Part shown: piece by piece, positions 51,701-64,000 of the stretch
Layout: each line of letters starts with the position of its first letter
Numbering within the stretch: the first letter of the stretch is position 1
Assembly (NCBI RefSeq): GCF_963921235.1
Contig: NC_086108.1
Coordinates: 58,716,001 to 58,780,000, forward strand
DNA length: 64,000 nt
Direction of reading: 5' to 3'
Source: Mobula hypostoma
Taxonomy: Eukaryota
Made by a program: the position numbers and the translations under genes
Notes under the pieces: generated by a model
Told to the model about the DNA's origin: nothing
Seen by the model: the letters and a program-made list of their open reading frames with translations, nothing else
Database searches by the model: none

Positions 51701-53430
51701 TGCATTTTCCCAACTACATGTGTTAAAGTAACTGGCCTATAGTTACCTCCTTTTGCCTATTCTTTTTTTTGAACAGTGGGTGAAATTCGCCTTCTTCCAA
51801 TCTGCTGGGACTTACCCAGAGTCCAGAGAATTTTGGTAAATTATCACCAAAGCCTCAACTACAACCTTTGCCATTTCTTTCAGTACCCTGGGATAAATTC
51901 CAGGGGACCTGTCTATCCTTAGGCTCACAAGTTTACTCAGCACTACCTGTTTAGTGATAGCTGTTGGACTGAGGTCCTCTCCTCCCATCACATCCACATA
52001 ATCTCTCTTCAGCATGTTAGACATGTCCTCCACCATGAAGACCAACACGAAATAGTCATTCAAAGCCTTGGCCATTTCCTCATTACCCAATATCGATTCC
52101 CCTGCTCGTCCTCAAGGGACCCATGTTCACTTTTGCCACCCTTTTCTGCTTTATATAATAAAAACTTTCATTATCTGTTTTATATTTTGTGCTAGTTTAT
52201 TTTCACAATTTATCTTCCCTTTCTTTATTGCTTGCTTAGTGGCTCTGTGTTGCTTTCCCAATCTTCCAGTTTCCCAATACTCTTGGTGACTTTATTAGCA
52301 TGAGCTTTTAGTTTGATGCTTTTAAAAAATTTCCTTAGTTAACACACGGCTGGCTCTCACCACCCCTGTACTGTCCTGGCTTTTAACTGGAATATACTTT
52401 TGTTGAGCACTGAAAATCTTTTTGAAAGTCTTCCAGTATTCCTCAACCGTCCCACCATATAGCCTGTGTTCCTAGTCTACCCTTCCTCATCCTGTTGTTG
52501 TCTCTCCTGTTTAGTCATAATACACTGCAGCCTCATGTATGGCATCATGCCAATGGTCTCTGAAAATCCAAATACACAACATTCGCTGATTTCTCCCCCC
52601 TTTAGTCTTTATATATCTGAGAAAACCATTATCATTTTTTGTTATTGGCTAGCTTACTTTCACGTTTCATCTTTCCCCTCCATATGGCTGTTTTTTAAAT
52701 AAAGTTTCCATCTGTTGGTTTTTAAAAGCTTCACAATCCTCTAAATTCCCACTAATTTTTGTTCTATTATATATCCTCTCTATTGCCTTGGTTGGTTTTG
52801 ACTTTCCTTGTTAGCTAGAGCTGTGCCATCCTGTTTTTAAAATAATTTTTCTTTGGGACGCATCTATCCTGTGTATTTCAAATTACTCCCCAAAACTCAA
52901 GCCATTTCTGCTCTACCATCATCCCTGCTAGTGTCCCCTTCCAATTGACTTTGTCCAACTCTTTTCCCATGGCTCTGTAATTCCCTTTAATGCACTCACA
53001 TCTAACTTTAGCAACTCCTTCTCACATTGCAGGATGAATTCTACCATATTATGATCACTGCCTCTGAAGGATTCCTTTATTTTAAGTCTCTGATTCAAAT
53101 CCAGTTACACAACACCAATCCAGAATTGCCTTTCCCTTGGTGGGCTCAACCATAAGCTCCCCTAAAAATGCCATCTCACAGGCACTCTACAAATTCTCTT
53201 AGGGTTTAGCACTAACCCAATATTCCCAATCTACCCGCATATTGAAATCCTCCATGACTATCATAACATTGCCGTTCGGACATGCATTTTCTATCTCCCA
53301 TTGTAATTTGTAGCCCACATCCTGGTGACCGCTCTGGGCCTTTATGTAACTCCCATCAGGGTCTTTTAACTCTTGCAGTTCCTTAACTCTACCCACAATG
53401 ATTCTACATTTTCCAATCTTCCACACTAAG
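48757..53430 (-). mobile_element. Cluster of three or more minus-strand CR1 copies, including an endonuclease-region remnant
   Basis: DVPQGSVLGPQLFTIYIND, VADD, YLDFPKAF and VMIVMEDFNMRVDW. 3' ends near 48757 and 50345. Confidence 0.85.
49521..50052 (+). mobile_element. ORF-less non-autonomous retroelement, copy C (5'-truncated)
   Basis: Reverse complement of copy B body. Ends (AATCT)3. Interrupts a CR1. Confidence 0.75.
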
Positions 53431-53453
53431 AATTCCACCATTAACTATGTATT

Positions 53454-53673
53454 GCAAGCAACACACATAAAAGTTGCTGGTGAACGCAGCAGGCCAGGCA
53501 GCATCTCTAGGAAGAGGTACAGTTGACGTTTTGGGCCAAGACCCTTTGTCAGGCCGAAACATCGACTGTACCTCTTCCTAGAGATGCTGCATGGCCTGCT
53601 GCGTTCACCAGCAACTTTTATGTGTGTTGCTTGAAATTCCAGCATCTGCAGATTTCCTCGTTTGCGTTTTTAA
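53454..53673. mobile_element. Fold-back Penelope-terminus element with 14-bp TSD
   Basis: ~80-bp inverted arms (53455-53536 / 53553-53633). TSD ATTAACTATGTATT at 53440-53453 and 53674-53687. Confidence 0.85.
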
Positions 53674-53864
53674 ATTAACTATGTATTCTTCCTTCAAACT
53701 CAACCTTCCAAAGTGAATTATGTCACACTTTTCTAAACTGAACTTTATCTGCCACTTCTCAGCGTAGCTCTGCACCGTTAATGTCTCGCTGTAACCTAAT
53801 ACAACCCTATCTACAACTCCAACCCTCATGTCAATTTTAATACCAGAGAGTAGTAAAGCATTAT

Positions 53865-54131
53865 TGAATTGAATTGACTTTACTTCTATTCTTCACACAC
53901 ACAAGGCGTAAAAATCTTTACGCCTCCATTTAAATGTGCAATTATAGTAATTCATAATAAATAGGTACAACAGGATAATCAATATAACATAGAAATACAG
54001 TTGCGTTATCTTGAATTAAGCAGTCTGATGGCCTGGTGGAAGAAGCTGTCTTGGAGCCTGTTGGTCCTGGCTTTTATGCTGTGGTACTGTTTCCTGGATA
54101 GTAGCAGCTGGAGCAGTTTGCAGTTGGGGTG
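53865..54131 (-). mobile_element. Rex1/Babar-type 3' end, inverted and abutting the previous copy
   Basis: Reverse complement of the 1020-1307 and 54886-55138 tails. Confidence 0.8.
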
Positions 54132-55138
54132 ATAAGCTTAGCCTTGACCTTGCCTTGTGCAGCTGGAACCTGGACTTCCTGTCAGATTGCCAGCAGGTTG
54201 TAAGAGTGGGTTCCCTCACCTCCAACCCTCTGACTCTCAATACAGGAGCCCCTCGGGTCTGTGTACTGAGTCCCCTCCTTTACTTCCTGTATACCCATGA
54301 ATCACCATCCACAGCGCCAATCTGCTAATTAAATTTGCAGACGACACTACATTGATTGGGCTTATCTCAAACAATAATGAGGTGGCCTATAGGGAAGAAG
54401 TCATCCCTCTGACACAGTGATGTCAATCAAACAACCTCTCCCTCAATGTCACAAAAACAAAGGAGCTGGTTGTGGATTACAGGAGGAATGTAGATGGCTA
54501 ACCTGTATTGCCATCAATGGATCTGGAGTTGAGAAGGTAAACAGCTTCAAGTTTCTCGGCATCCACATCACCGAGGACCTCACGTGGTCTATACATACCC
54601 GATGTGTGATGAAGAAGGCACAACAGCGTCTCTTTTTCCTCAGACGGTTGAGGAAGTTTGGTATGCCCCCCAAATCCTAAGAACTTTTTACAGGGGCACA
54701 ATTGAGAGCATCCTGACTGGCTGCATCACTGTCTGGTATGGGAACTGTACCTCCTTTAATCGCCAGACTCTGCAGAGTGGTGCGGACAGCCCAGCGCATC
54801 TGTAGTTGTGAACTTCCCATGATTCAGGATATTTACAAGGACAGGTGTGTAAAAAGGGCCCGTAGGATCATTGGGGACCCGAGCCACCCCAATCACAATC
54901 TATTCCAGCTACTACCATACAGGAAGTGGTACCACAGCATAAAAGCCAGGACCAATAGGCTCCAGGACAGCTTCATCCCCCAGGCCATCAGACTGATGAA
55001 TTCACGCTGACTTGAGTGTACTCTATATTACATTGACTGTTCTATTTATAATAACTATGATTGCATATTTGGAGACATAACGTAAAGATTTTTACTCATG
55101 TATGTGAAAGATGTAAGAAATAAAGACAATTCAATTCA
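54132..55138 (+). mobile_element. Rex1/Babar-type LINE 3' fragment
   Basis: KFADDTTLIGLISNNNEVAYREEV, FKFLGIHITEDLTW and AQQRLFFLRRLRKF. Tail (CAATT)n. Confidence 0.85.
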
Positions 55139-56644
55139 TAATCTCTATTACATATATTTTATATTAAAAAATCTTTGACTCCTGTTGAGAACCAGCTGCT
55201 ATCTTTCCTCAACCCTTATTCTTTACAAACAAATGTCCCAAGAGAAAGGGAATATTTTCCTCTCCTCACATCTGTGCTGGACTGGGCAACATGCAGCCCT
55301 GACTCTCAGCCAGATTCAGAATGGACCTCTGCCAGCAAGGCGGCCCAACTCCCCAAAATTCTCACAGCATAGGGGAATAAGAGTGATTACAGCATGGAAA
55401 TGATAGTCACAGAGGGACAGCCTAAAATAGAATCTGCCAAGTGAGAATTAGGGGCTGACAGAACAGTGTCATCTGCAAAATTCAAATATTAAAGACATTT
55501 TCTGTTTATTACAAGTTCCAACTAACTACCCAAGCAATTGCACATACATGACCAGTTTGTTGGCTTATATTAGTCAGTATGAGACCAAGGAACTGTGGTT
55601 AAAAAAATAAATAAGTAAATCACAACTGCCTGCTTTACTAAAGAATGTGGAACTTGTCATGCAGGTTAGATGATCACCCTGTTACATTCAACAATATAGG
55701 CAAGCACATGCAAAAAGTTATGCAGACAGTGTACAGCCACATGTACTATAGATAAGTAAACCAAATGGCCTATTCTTCAGTAAATTCCACATATGCAAAC
55801 AGGGCTACAGAAATATCTGGAAACCTCAGCTTTATGACCTCTAGTGTGAAGATAGTACAAATGAAATGTCAATTCAAGATTTAAAGGAAAAGTTGGAGAT
55901 GTAAACTGGAGTCAGCAACCTGCCACTGATAACTACAGTCCAATACTTGACCTCCCTAATCCTAGTTTAGAACATATTAATTATGCACATTAAAGACGAG
56001 TAGGATATTTTAGCTCTCAAGGTTGCTCTGTCATTCAAGATCATAGCTGTCTTCTGAACACCATTATCCTTCTGTATTTCTAATTCCCTTTAACTGGCAG
56101 AGATCTGATTGTATTGAAAACATTGATGAATGGCTGTCCCCAGCCCTGCAAGCAGAGAATTCCAGGTTCATCATCTATGGAACATTGTTTTCCTCATTTC
56201 AGGGTAAACAAACCATCTGCAACTGAAAACAAACTCTGGTTCCAAAGATCTTCATTAAAGGGGAAAAAAATGAGGAAACAATGTTAAATGCAGAGTTTCT
56301 GCTCACATCTAACTTACTGAACCCTTTAAGAATGTTATATTGTCTGCCTGAAAAATCTCTTGTTGCTCTCCATAGTATCGAATCCTTTGTGTGGTACCCA
56401 GAAGTGTGCAGCCTACCCAAACACATAAACAGATCATTATCAGCTCTTCAGTATCTTGACTAATAGAATCATGTTAATCACAAACATTAAAATTATCTTG
56501 AGAAATTATGCCATACAGACTGAAACTGGACAAATTTTATCAAAATTCTTCAAGGTGGGGAGTACTGGTCTCATTTAACAAACCAAAGACCCATCACTAA
56601 TGTTACTTTTACAAAATATTTAAAACAAATTAAATCAAGATACA

Positions 56645-58986
56645 GTTCAAACCACTTATTTCTTTTTATTGGTGCTTGAACAAGACATGTGATAAAGTAC
56701 CATTGTAAGTATTTACATACATGGTCTACAAAGGGCTTTCGTTTCCAATGAAACTATTACATAGAGGACTAGATGAATGAGCTGATGACCTTAAGCAAAT
56801 TAATTGTCACTTTTACCATTTACCAATAGCCAAAACTTACGACTAATAAAATTGTCAAAGCCCTACCCAGATATCAGCAATTAAGGCTCAGCTAATTGTT
56901 TTTCTAAATACAGCAATACTCCAGGTGGTGAAAATCTGAAGACAGAAAAATTCTAAAGAATTCAGCATTTCACTGGTTTTGATAAAACTACAGTCTTGAA
57001 AGTGATGAAAGTCACCTTATCAATTTACGTCTTTCTGCAAGGTTGTAAATTTAACTAATTTTGCACATTATATGTCACTGTGTGTAGATCTTGTTGCTCA
57101 TGAAAGTCATATTGCAAAAGTCTATGCTTAGAGGAATTCTGCAAAACTCAGATCTTCAAATATTTCCAGAGCTGAATCCCAAAACACATCAATAGATAGC
57201 AGGCACCTGTTCAAGTTGACTTATACGAACTACAAATAGAAATGGTCGTGCAGACTTGCTGGTTCTGAAAGAAGGTGTTAAAGAGATTAAAACTATAAAT
57301 TTTTTACAAAACTAGAACAATAATACAATAAGGTGCCTTGCTCCTTATAAAAGCAAACCCTTACTTGCCTAACATGTCTGGTTCCTGTAAGATAACAAAA
57401 CAAAGATTTGGGAGGAAAAAAACATTGTCCACAATTACACCAGATAGGCAGTTACTTGGTAAACCAAGTACTTGTAGAATTTTTGTTTCCAGAATACTTA
57501 CCTGTTTCTACTATCTGTACTGAAGCCAGAGAGTTCAGAAGACCAGAGCTTCTGCATGATGGTGCTAACACCATTTATTTGCAACCAGGTCAAGAATGAA
57601 GAGCTATATTAAGCCATAATTCGTCAAGAACAGAAGGCAATCGATCAAAAAGAATATTCTTAATTTTGACTAACATTTTAAAACATTTAAAGAATGAAGG
57701 TGCTATGCCTTAATGCATTTAAGCCGACAGCGTTTAAAAAAAAATGACGTTACTTTTGTTAGTATGCATTAAAATTATCGCCCACTTCCCAGGACGTGTA
57801 AAGCCCTGGTTATTATTCTATTCTGCCCCAAAAGGGGAACTAAAACAGCCCTCTCCATCTCTACAGTACCATGGCACATTGCTATATTTATACATAGCTG
57901 TAGTTACTATGACAGGCTGAACTTCAGGGCAAAATTATGCTAAACTGTAAGCTCTTCACAATTTAAAACTATGCTTAATTCTAGAATAGAGTGAAAATCT
58001 TCTCTTTTCAAGGATCCCCAAATAACCAATGGTGTTGTAGGTCTGAGGTTTTAATTATTTGTTTTAAAGATAATTGAACACAAACTAAAACTGAAAAATT
58101 TGCTAAGGCTGTAGATCTGAAAAAATGTTATCCACCGTTCAGAAGAAAATGGAAAGCTACAAAGTCTTTTTGCAACTAACATAAGGCATACAAGGTTTTG
58201 AAAGGTTAATAATATAGAAACAATTCAGTCTGGGGTGGGGGGGAGAAGGTGGTGGGATAAAACCCTATTATCACTAAATTCAACACTGTTGTGCTGTCTT
58301 AATGGTTCCACAAAAAAGTTGACAAACTGAAGATCATTTTGCACACAACTTTCCCACAGAAGTCAGCATGTGACTGGGAGCTAAATAACAAACTGCAAAA
58401 AGCACAAAGGTCAATAACAAGCACATTGAGAATTAATGGCTAAAGACTCCAAGTTCTAGTAGGAGAATTGATGTATAACAAACGTGGCAAATATTTGTTA
58501 GCCTGGAATGCTAGTTTGGTGAGCAAATTAATCTGAACAACAACCTTCTTAGGATTTCCCATCCCTTGAATATTTCTTTTCATAAAAAAAGCCACCAGCT
58601 CTTCCATCATGAGTTACTGGTGGTCTGAAACATGAAGAGAAGTGCTCGACACTCTTAAATCTTTAGACCACGCCATTCAATAACTACTTGCCTTTATAGA
58701 CTTTTAAAGAGAATGCATCAAAATCAGATGTATAATTCTTCAAAAACACTATTATGGCTTAATATACTCCTTAAATACACCTGGGTACAATTTCTAACAC
58801 TCCTTAAAGCAACAAAAAGGTTTAAGATTACATCAGCAAGACTTCATCAGAACACATGTCCAGTTTTTTTTAAATGTTTCACAACATCAGGTTAATTTGC
58901 TCAAGACACTAATAACTTTAAAATAAGTCTTCATGCATTTTCCAGAAATTGTTTTTTTTTAAAAAAAAACTGTAGTTGTTAAAATA
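56645..58986 (-). other. ZRANB2: Probable ZRANB2 3'UTR (~2.3 kb)
   Basis: AT-rich stretch after the stop codon with no transposon I could recognise. Minus-strand AATAAA at 56665-56670, with another at 57574-57579. Confidence 0.6.
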
Positions 58987-59050
58987 TTATTTCTGCTTAG
59001 AACTTGAACGGGAGCCTGAGTGAGAGGATCCAGAAGACGATCCACTGCGC
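58987..59050 (-). CDS. ZRANB2: ZRANB2 last coding exon
   Basis: Acceptor tgtcttttgcag|G. Encodes RSGSSSGSSHSGSRSSSKQK*, compared with the human C-terminus RHRSSSGSSHSGSRSSSKKK*. Phase 2 matches the upstream exon. Confidence 0.92.
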
Positions 59051-59285
59051 CTGCAAAAGACAAAAACATCAGCGAGGTGTGCAAACCTGAGTTTAAGATA
59101 CATCTTACAAGTAACCCATCTAAAAATGCATTGCTTATATTATATAGCTCAAAACCTGTGTGAAGGAACAACCTGAAATATTAATTTTAACTCTTTAAAA
59201 AAGTTTCTTAAAATTTGATAGCTTCTGCAATCCTATTAAAATCTATCAACCCTGTATGCTAATCTTATTCTACAGATGCCCAAAC

Positions 59286-59453
59286 CTTTCTGCAGACCAA
59301 GATCTCGAGTCAGAACGTCTAGTTTTTTTGCGGCCACTGGAGGACGATGATCTGGAGCGACTTCGTTTTTTCCCTCTTTCAGAGGAAGTTGATGATCGAG
59401 AACTTGAGCGCGACCTCTTCCTTGGAGATGATGACCCCCGGCGTGATCTGGAG
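59286..59453 (-). CDS. ZRANB2: ZRANB2 penultimate coding exon (RS domain)
   Basis: Translates as SSRSRRGSSSPRKRSRSSSRSSTSSERGKKRSRSRSSSSSGRKKTRRSDSRSWSAER, like the human RGSSSPRKRS...RSRSPER segment. Donor AAAG|GTTTG. Acceptor atccag|C at 59453, with an in-frame alternative at 59447, so the 5' edge is uncertain. Confidence 0.88.
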
Positions 59454-59904
59454 CTGGATTTTGATTGATTGGAAGAAAGTTAGATCTATACCAAATAACA
59501 TTCTAAAACATTAAAAGGCTACATTTGAGTTTGTTTTAACTTTACTGGAGACTTCACTGCAAATGTTATACCATTATGATAACCCAAAAAGCAGCAAATA
59601 ATTTCATTAAGGCCTCTAAAAAAGCAGAAACAAAATTGTGAAGATATTCCCTGTTGTGCAGACAACAGAAACAATGTTAGCAGTTTAGAAATAATCACAT
59701 AGATGCAGCTGTGCAGTTGTCTTATAAGGGCAGAGTTCCATATACCTAGCAAGAAGTCAATTTGGCAAAGAAGTAAAGAAACCTGGGTTCAAAGTTTTTC
59801 AATCCTGGGATAGTAAGCAGCATCTCTATCTAATCTCCCCCCACCCATTTTATTTCTCCCATTTATTAAGTCTGAGACTTCTGCTTTTAACATTGTTTTC
59901 TCAC

Positions 59905-61235
59905 TTAAGATGTTGGAGTCAATTGTTAAGGATGAAGTTATGGAGTACTTGGTGACACAGGAAAAGATAGGACAAAGTCAGCATGGTTTCCTTGAGGGAA
60001 AATCTTGCCTGTCGAACTTGTTGATATTCTTTGAGATTACAAGGATAGATAAAGGGGATGCAGTGGATGTTGTATATTTGGACTTTCAGAAGGCCTTTGA
60101 CAAGGTGCCATACATGAGGCAGCTTACCAAGTTAAGAGCCCATGGTATTACAGGAAAGTTACTGGCATGATGGAAAGCACTGGCTGATTGGTAGGAGGCA
60201 GCAAGTGGGAATAAAAGGATGCTTTTCTGGTTGGCTGCCTGTGACTAGTGATATTCCGCAGGGGCTGGTGTTGGGACCGCTTCTATTTATGCTGTATATT
60301 AATAATTTAGATGATGGAATAGATGGCTTTGCTACCAGGTTTGCTGATGATATGAAGATCAGTGGAGGGGCAGCTAGTGTTGAGGAAACAGGAAGGTTGC
60401 AGGAGGACATGGATTAGGAGAATGGGCAAGATAGTGGCAAATGAAATACAATGTTGGAAAATGCATGGCCATGCACTTTGCATCTCAGGTTTTTGGATTT
60501 TCTTCCAGTTTAGAAAGTTATCTCCACATTTATTTCATGCCAAAGGGACTTGGGAGTCCTTGTGCAGAACACCCTAAAGGTTAACTTGCAGGTTGAGTCA
60601 GTGGTGAGGAAGGCAAATGCAATGTTAGCATTCATTTCAAAGGGATGTGATGCTGAGGTTTTATACACGGCAGTGGTGAGGTCTCAGCTTGAGTATTCTG
60701 AACACTATTGGGCCCCTCATTAAGAAAAGATGTGCTGGTATTGGAGCGGGTTGAGGCGGTTCACAAGGATGATTCTGGGAATGAAAGGATTATCACATGA
60801 AGAACGTTTGATGGTTCTGGGACTGTACTTGCTGCAGTTTAGGATGGGTGGGGGGGGCGTATCTCATTGAAACTTTTCAAATGTTGAGAGGCCTGGACAG
60901 AGTAGATGTGGACAGGATGTTTTCCATGGTGGGGGGAGTCTAGGACAAGAGGGCACAGCCTCAAGATAGAGGTGCATCCATTTAAAACAGCCGTGGAGAA
61001 ATTTCTTTAGCCAAAGGGTGGTGAATTTGTGGAATTTGTTACCACAGGAAGCTGTGGAGGACAGGTCACTGGCTGTATTTAAAAGTGGGGATTGATAGGT
61101 TTTGATTGGCCATGGCATCACAGACTATGTAAGATGTCTGGGAGTGGGACTGAGGAAGGGAAAAAAAGTATCAGTCATGATTGAATGGAGGCGCCAACTG
61201 GATGGGCCCAATTCTGCTCCTATGTTTTACGGTCT
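59905..61235 (+). mobile_element. CR1 fragment in a ZRANB2 intron
   Basis: YLDFQKAFDKVP, PQGLVLGP and FADD, frameshifted. Confidence 0.9.
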
Positions 61236-63454
61236 AAGATGGGCACATGGGATTAGTTAGATTGGCATCATGGTCAGCACAGACAAGGTAGGCTGAGGGA
61301 CCCACCTCTGTGTTGTTCTAATGTAATAAATAAAACAGAACATAACAACTTCCCAAAGTCCATGAATCAAATGCTGAACTATTTCCTGTAAGTACAGCAG
61401 AGCCACCTACTGAATTTAATATGAACTAGCAAAGGAATGCACATTGTAGAACATTAAATTCTGAGCTCAAGCCCTTTATCATACAAAAACTACCATATAC
61501 TACACTTTACAGATGATTTTTTTCCTTATTTCTTATGTTATAGGATAAAGGATTACTGAATATAGTACGTATTATAAATTTATGCAATCAGCTTCAAAAA
61601 GGAAGCACCTTTTTCTAGGACTATATTAACCTGGAACATTAACTTTGCCATCTTTATTTTTCTCTTAATGCTATTATTGTGGGAAATAGCAAACCGAACC
61701 AGATGTTCTCCAATAACAGAAAACATCAATCACTTTCAAGTACTGTGGTACAATTCTAGATTACAAGCAACATTACAAAGAAATCATGTAACAGGCAATT
61801 TTCTACTGTTAATATCAGATTTAATTTATGAAACATGTTGGTAAGTGTTAAGTTACTGAAATGAATTATTTATAGTACCCAATCATTAGCTTCTCTTACT
61901 TGCCCATTTTAGAGTCACCTCCCTGCAACTCCAGTTGACATTACCCTCCAAACAGCAACTTAAATATTGCACTCATTCCCAATTCCCATTCACCATTACT
62001 CATTCCAGCCATTCCATGATCTTCCCTGCTTGTTTCACACCCCACTCAGTATTCAAATTTCCATAGGTTAAAATCTGAACATTGATCTCAGTCTCTGCTC
62101 TATTCTTTGGAGATGGAACAGATTGTTTTAAATTGTGAAGGATGAAATGTGATTAATGGGCATCAATTTTACATTTGAAATATACTTAGTTGAAGGTCTT
62201 GAGATGAGCACCTGGCTACCCCCGATGATCAAAGCATTTTATTACTAAGACTTACAAATGGCAAACAGATTTCACATGCAAACAGAAACTCAGCTGCTAG
62301 TCTATGAATACAAGATCTTACATTAGTTGAAAGACCAAGTACAAAATCAAAGATTTTTCTTAGTATGTTTCACAAAGTTCTGAGCAGCTGAATTAAGATC
62401 AGAAATTTATGACACAGGAGCCAGTCAAGCCGTCACATCACTGCTGAAGTTATTTCGACTACTTATACTTCACAGCTCTCAAGTCTACAGGTTTCACTTC
62501 AAGTGCCATGAGTTTTTCCATGCCCAGATCCCTAGTAAGCTGTGTCAGTAAAAAAAAATCAATTAAGTTTTAAAAGTTTGCCTGACAAAATAATCTGGGC
62601 CAGAGCAGGATTAGTCCCACAGGACCTTACCATGCTTAGTATGGGAACCCTACGCAAGGAAAATTGCATCAATCTGACCATTTGTCACCTGCGGATCACA
62701 GTTTCTATTTAAATAAGGTTTGATGCCAAATTTGTCTCCGGGTGTGGGAGGGACAGAACAACAAGTTGAGCATATGTTGCACTGATCACTCTCCAGAAGG
62801 ATGCAAGAAACTAACCAGTGAAAGTCTTTATACAAATAACCAAAATAGTGAAAGCCAAAAAATGATAAAGCACTTTAAAGCTTCATAAAGCTTTGAGGTT
62901 CCTTAATGCTATAAAGGCAGTAGTGGTGAAAGTGCTCATACAGAAACAACATTTAAATTCTGATGATTTTGCCAAATGAGATGATCTTCTGGATGGATAA
63001 GACTCTACTTATTGAAGAAACGCAAACTGTGAAGGTCTTTAGAAATACAACTGTATTTTCACAAATTCAAATGGTGACAAATCCACAAAAAAACTGAAAT
63101 GGTAAATTGCACAGAATCTGACAGTAAGTTTTTCCAAATGTTTCATGATTTCTAAAATCAAACAAACTCAATAAAGGAAGAACAGAAAACATAAAAGATC
63201 TCAATAAACCTACTCTTCTTGATGCAAGATCATTTTGTTATAAGTGTTCTGTGGTTCCTTTCATTCTGGAATATGGAGGATAATAATTGAGGAAGAATAA
63301 AGAGACGAAGATGGGAATAATCTAAGAAAATTACATTGAGGCTAATAGCATTTTCACTCGAACATTTTGGATCTACTGCCAATAAAGTTTACAAAAGTAA
63401 TTCCAAATAGTTACTTTAACACTTAAGTCATGCAACTCACCCCTCCCTCTCAAA

Positions 63455-64000
63455 GAAATAGACAATAGGTGCAGACGTAGACCATTCGGCCCTTCGAGCC
63501 TGCACCGCCATTCTGAGATCATGGCTGATCATCTACTATCAATACCCGGTTCATGCCTTGTCCCCATAACCCTTGATTCCCCTATCCATAAGATACCTAT
63601 CTAGCTCCTTCTTGAAAGCATCCAGAGAATTGGCCTCCACTGCCTTCTGAGGCAGCACATTCCACACCTCCACAACTCTCTGGGAGAAGTTCCTCCTCAA
63701 CTCTGTCCTAAATGACTTACCCCTTATTCTTAAACCATGCCCTCTGGTATTGGACTCTCCCAGCATCTGGAACATATTTCTTGCCTCTATCTTGTCCAAT
63801 CCCTTAATAATCTTATATGTCTCAATCAGATCCCCCCCTCAATCTCCTTAATTCCAGCGTGTACAAGCCCAGTCTCTCTAACCTCTCTGCGTAAGACAGT
63901 CCGGACAGCCCAGGAATTAACCTAGTGAACCTACGCTGCACCTCCTCCACAGCCAGGATGTCCTTCCTTAACCCTGGAGACCAAAACTGCACACAATACT
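63455..64000 (-). mobile_element. CR1 3' fragment running off the window
   Basis: TRGHGLRIRGKSFRTELRRNFSQRVVEVWN plus 3'UTR. Confidence 0.9.

Noticed and set aside
58951..58970. Perfect palindrome G-T9-A9-C just after the ZRANB2 stop
   Set aside because: Low-complexity homopolymer junction, likely chance.
59256..59468. Plus-strand D/E/R/L-rich ORF
   Set aside because: Antisense shadow of the ZRANB2 RS exon.
62620..62700. Possible poison exon in the ZRANB2 intron (ATG|GTAAGG donor)
   Set aside because: Splice-like motifs alone are insufficient without conservation or RNA evidence.
59454..64000. miR-186 or the next upstream ZRANB2 exon
   Set aside because: No match to the miR-186 mature sequence and no RS-coding exon seen. 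The next exon is probably beyond the window.

Overview
Vertebrate genomic window. The transposon families (CR1, Rex1/Babar, Penelope-like, V-SINE-like) suggest a cartilaginous fish, possibly a ray; this is inference. Two protein-coding genes lie on the minus strand in the same order as human 1p31. The first is a complete two-exon PTGER3 (prostaglandin E receptor EP3; CDS 31506..32297 + 21580..21879, 363 aa). The second is the last two coding exons plus 3'UTR of ZRANB2 (59286..59453, 58987..59050). Much of the rest is transposon-derived: many CR1 LINE copies (one young 2.2 kb copy with an open 699-codon RT frame), Rex1/Babar, RTE and Tx1-like fragments, a decayed 1.6 kb Tc1 element, MITEs, tRNA-SINEs and two solo LTRs with TSDs. 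The most interesting signal is a Penelope-like (RT + GIY-YIG) system whose terminus carries a minimal hammerhead ribozyme motif (CAGTC-CTGATGA-A-GGG-TCTCGG-CCC-GAAAC-GTC-GACTG). It has produced short fold-back, non-coding derivatives flanked by 13-16 bp TSDs, and the best-preserved ribozyme copy lies in sense orientation within PTGER3 intron 1. A second notable family is a ~620-660 bp ORF-less element with an L1-like YY1-motif head and a stem-loop/(AATCT)n tail. Repeat boundaries were read by eye and are approximate unless a TSD is given.
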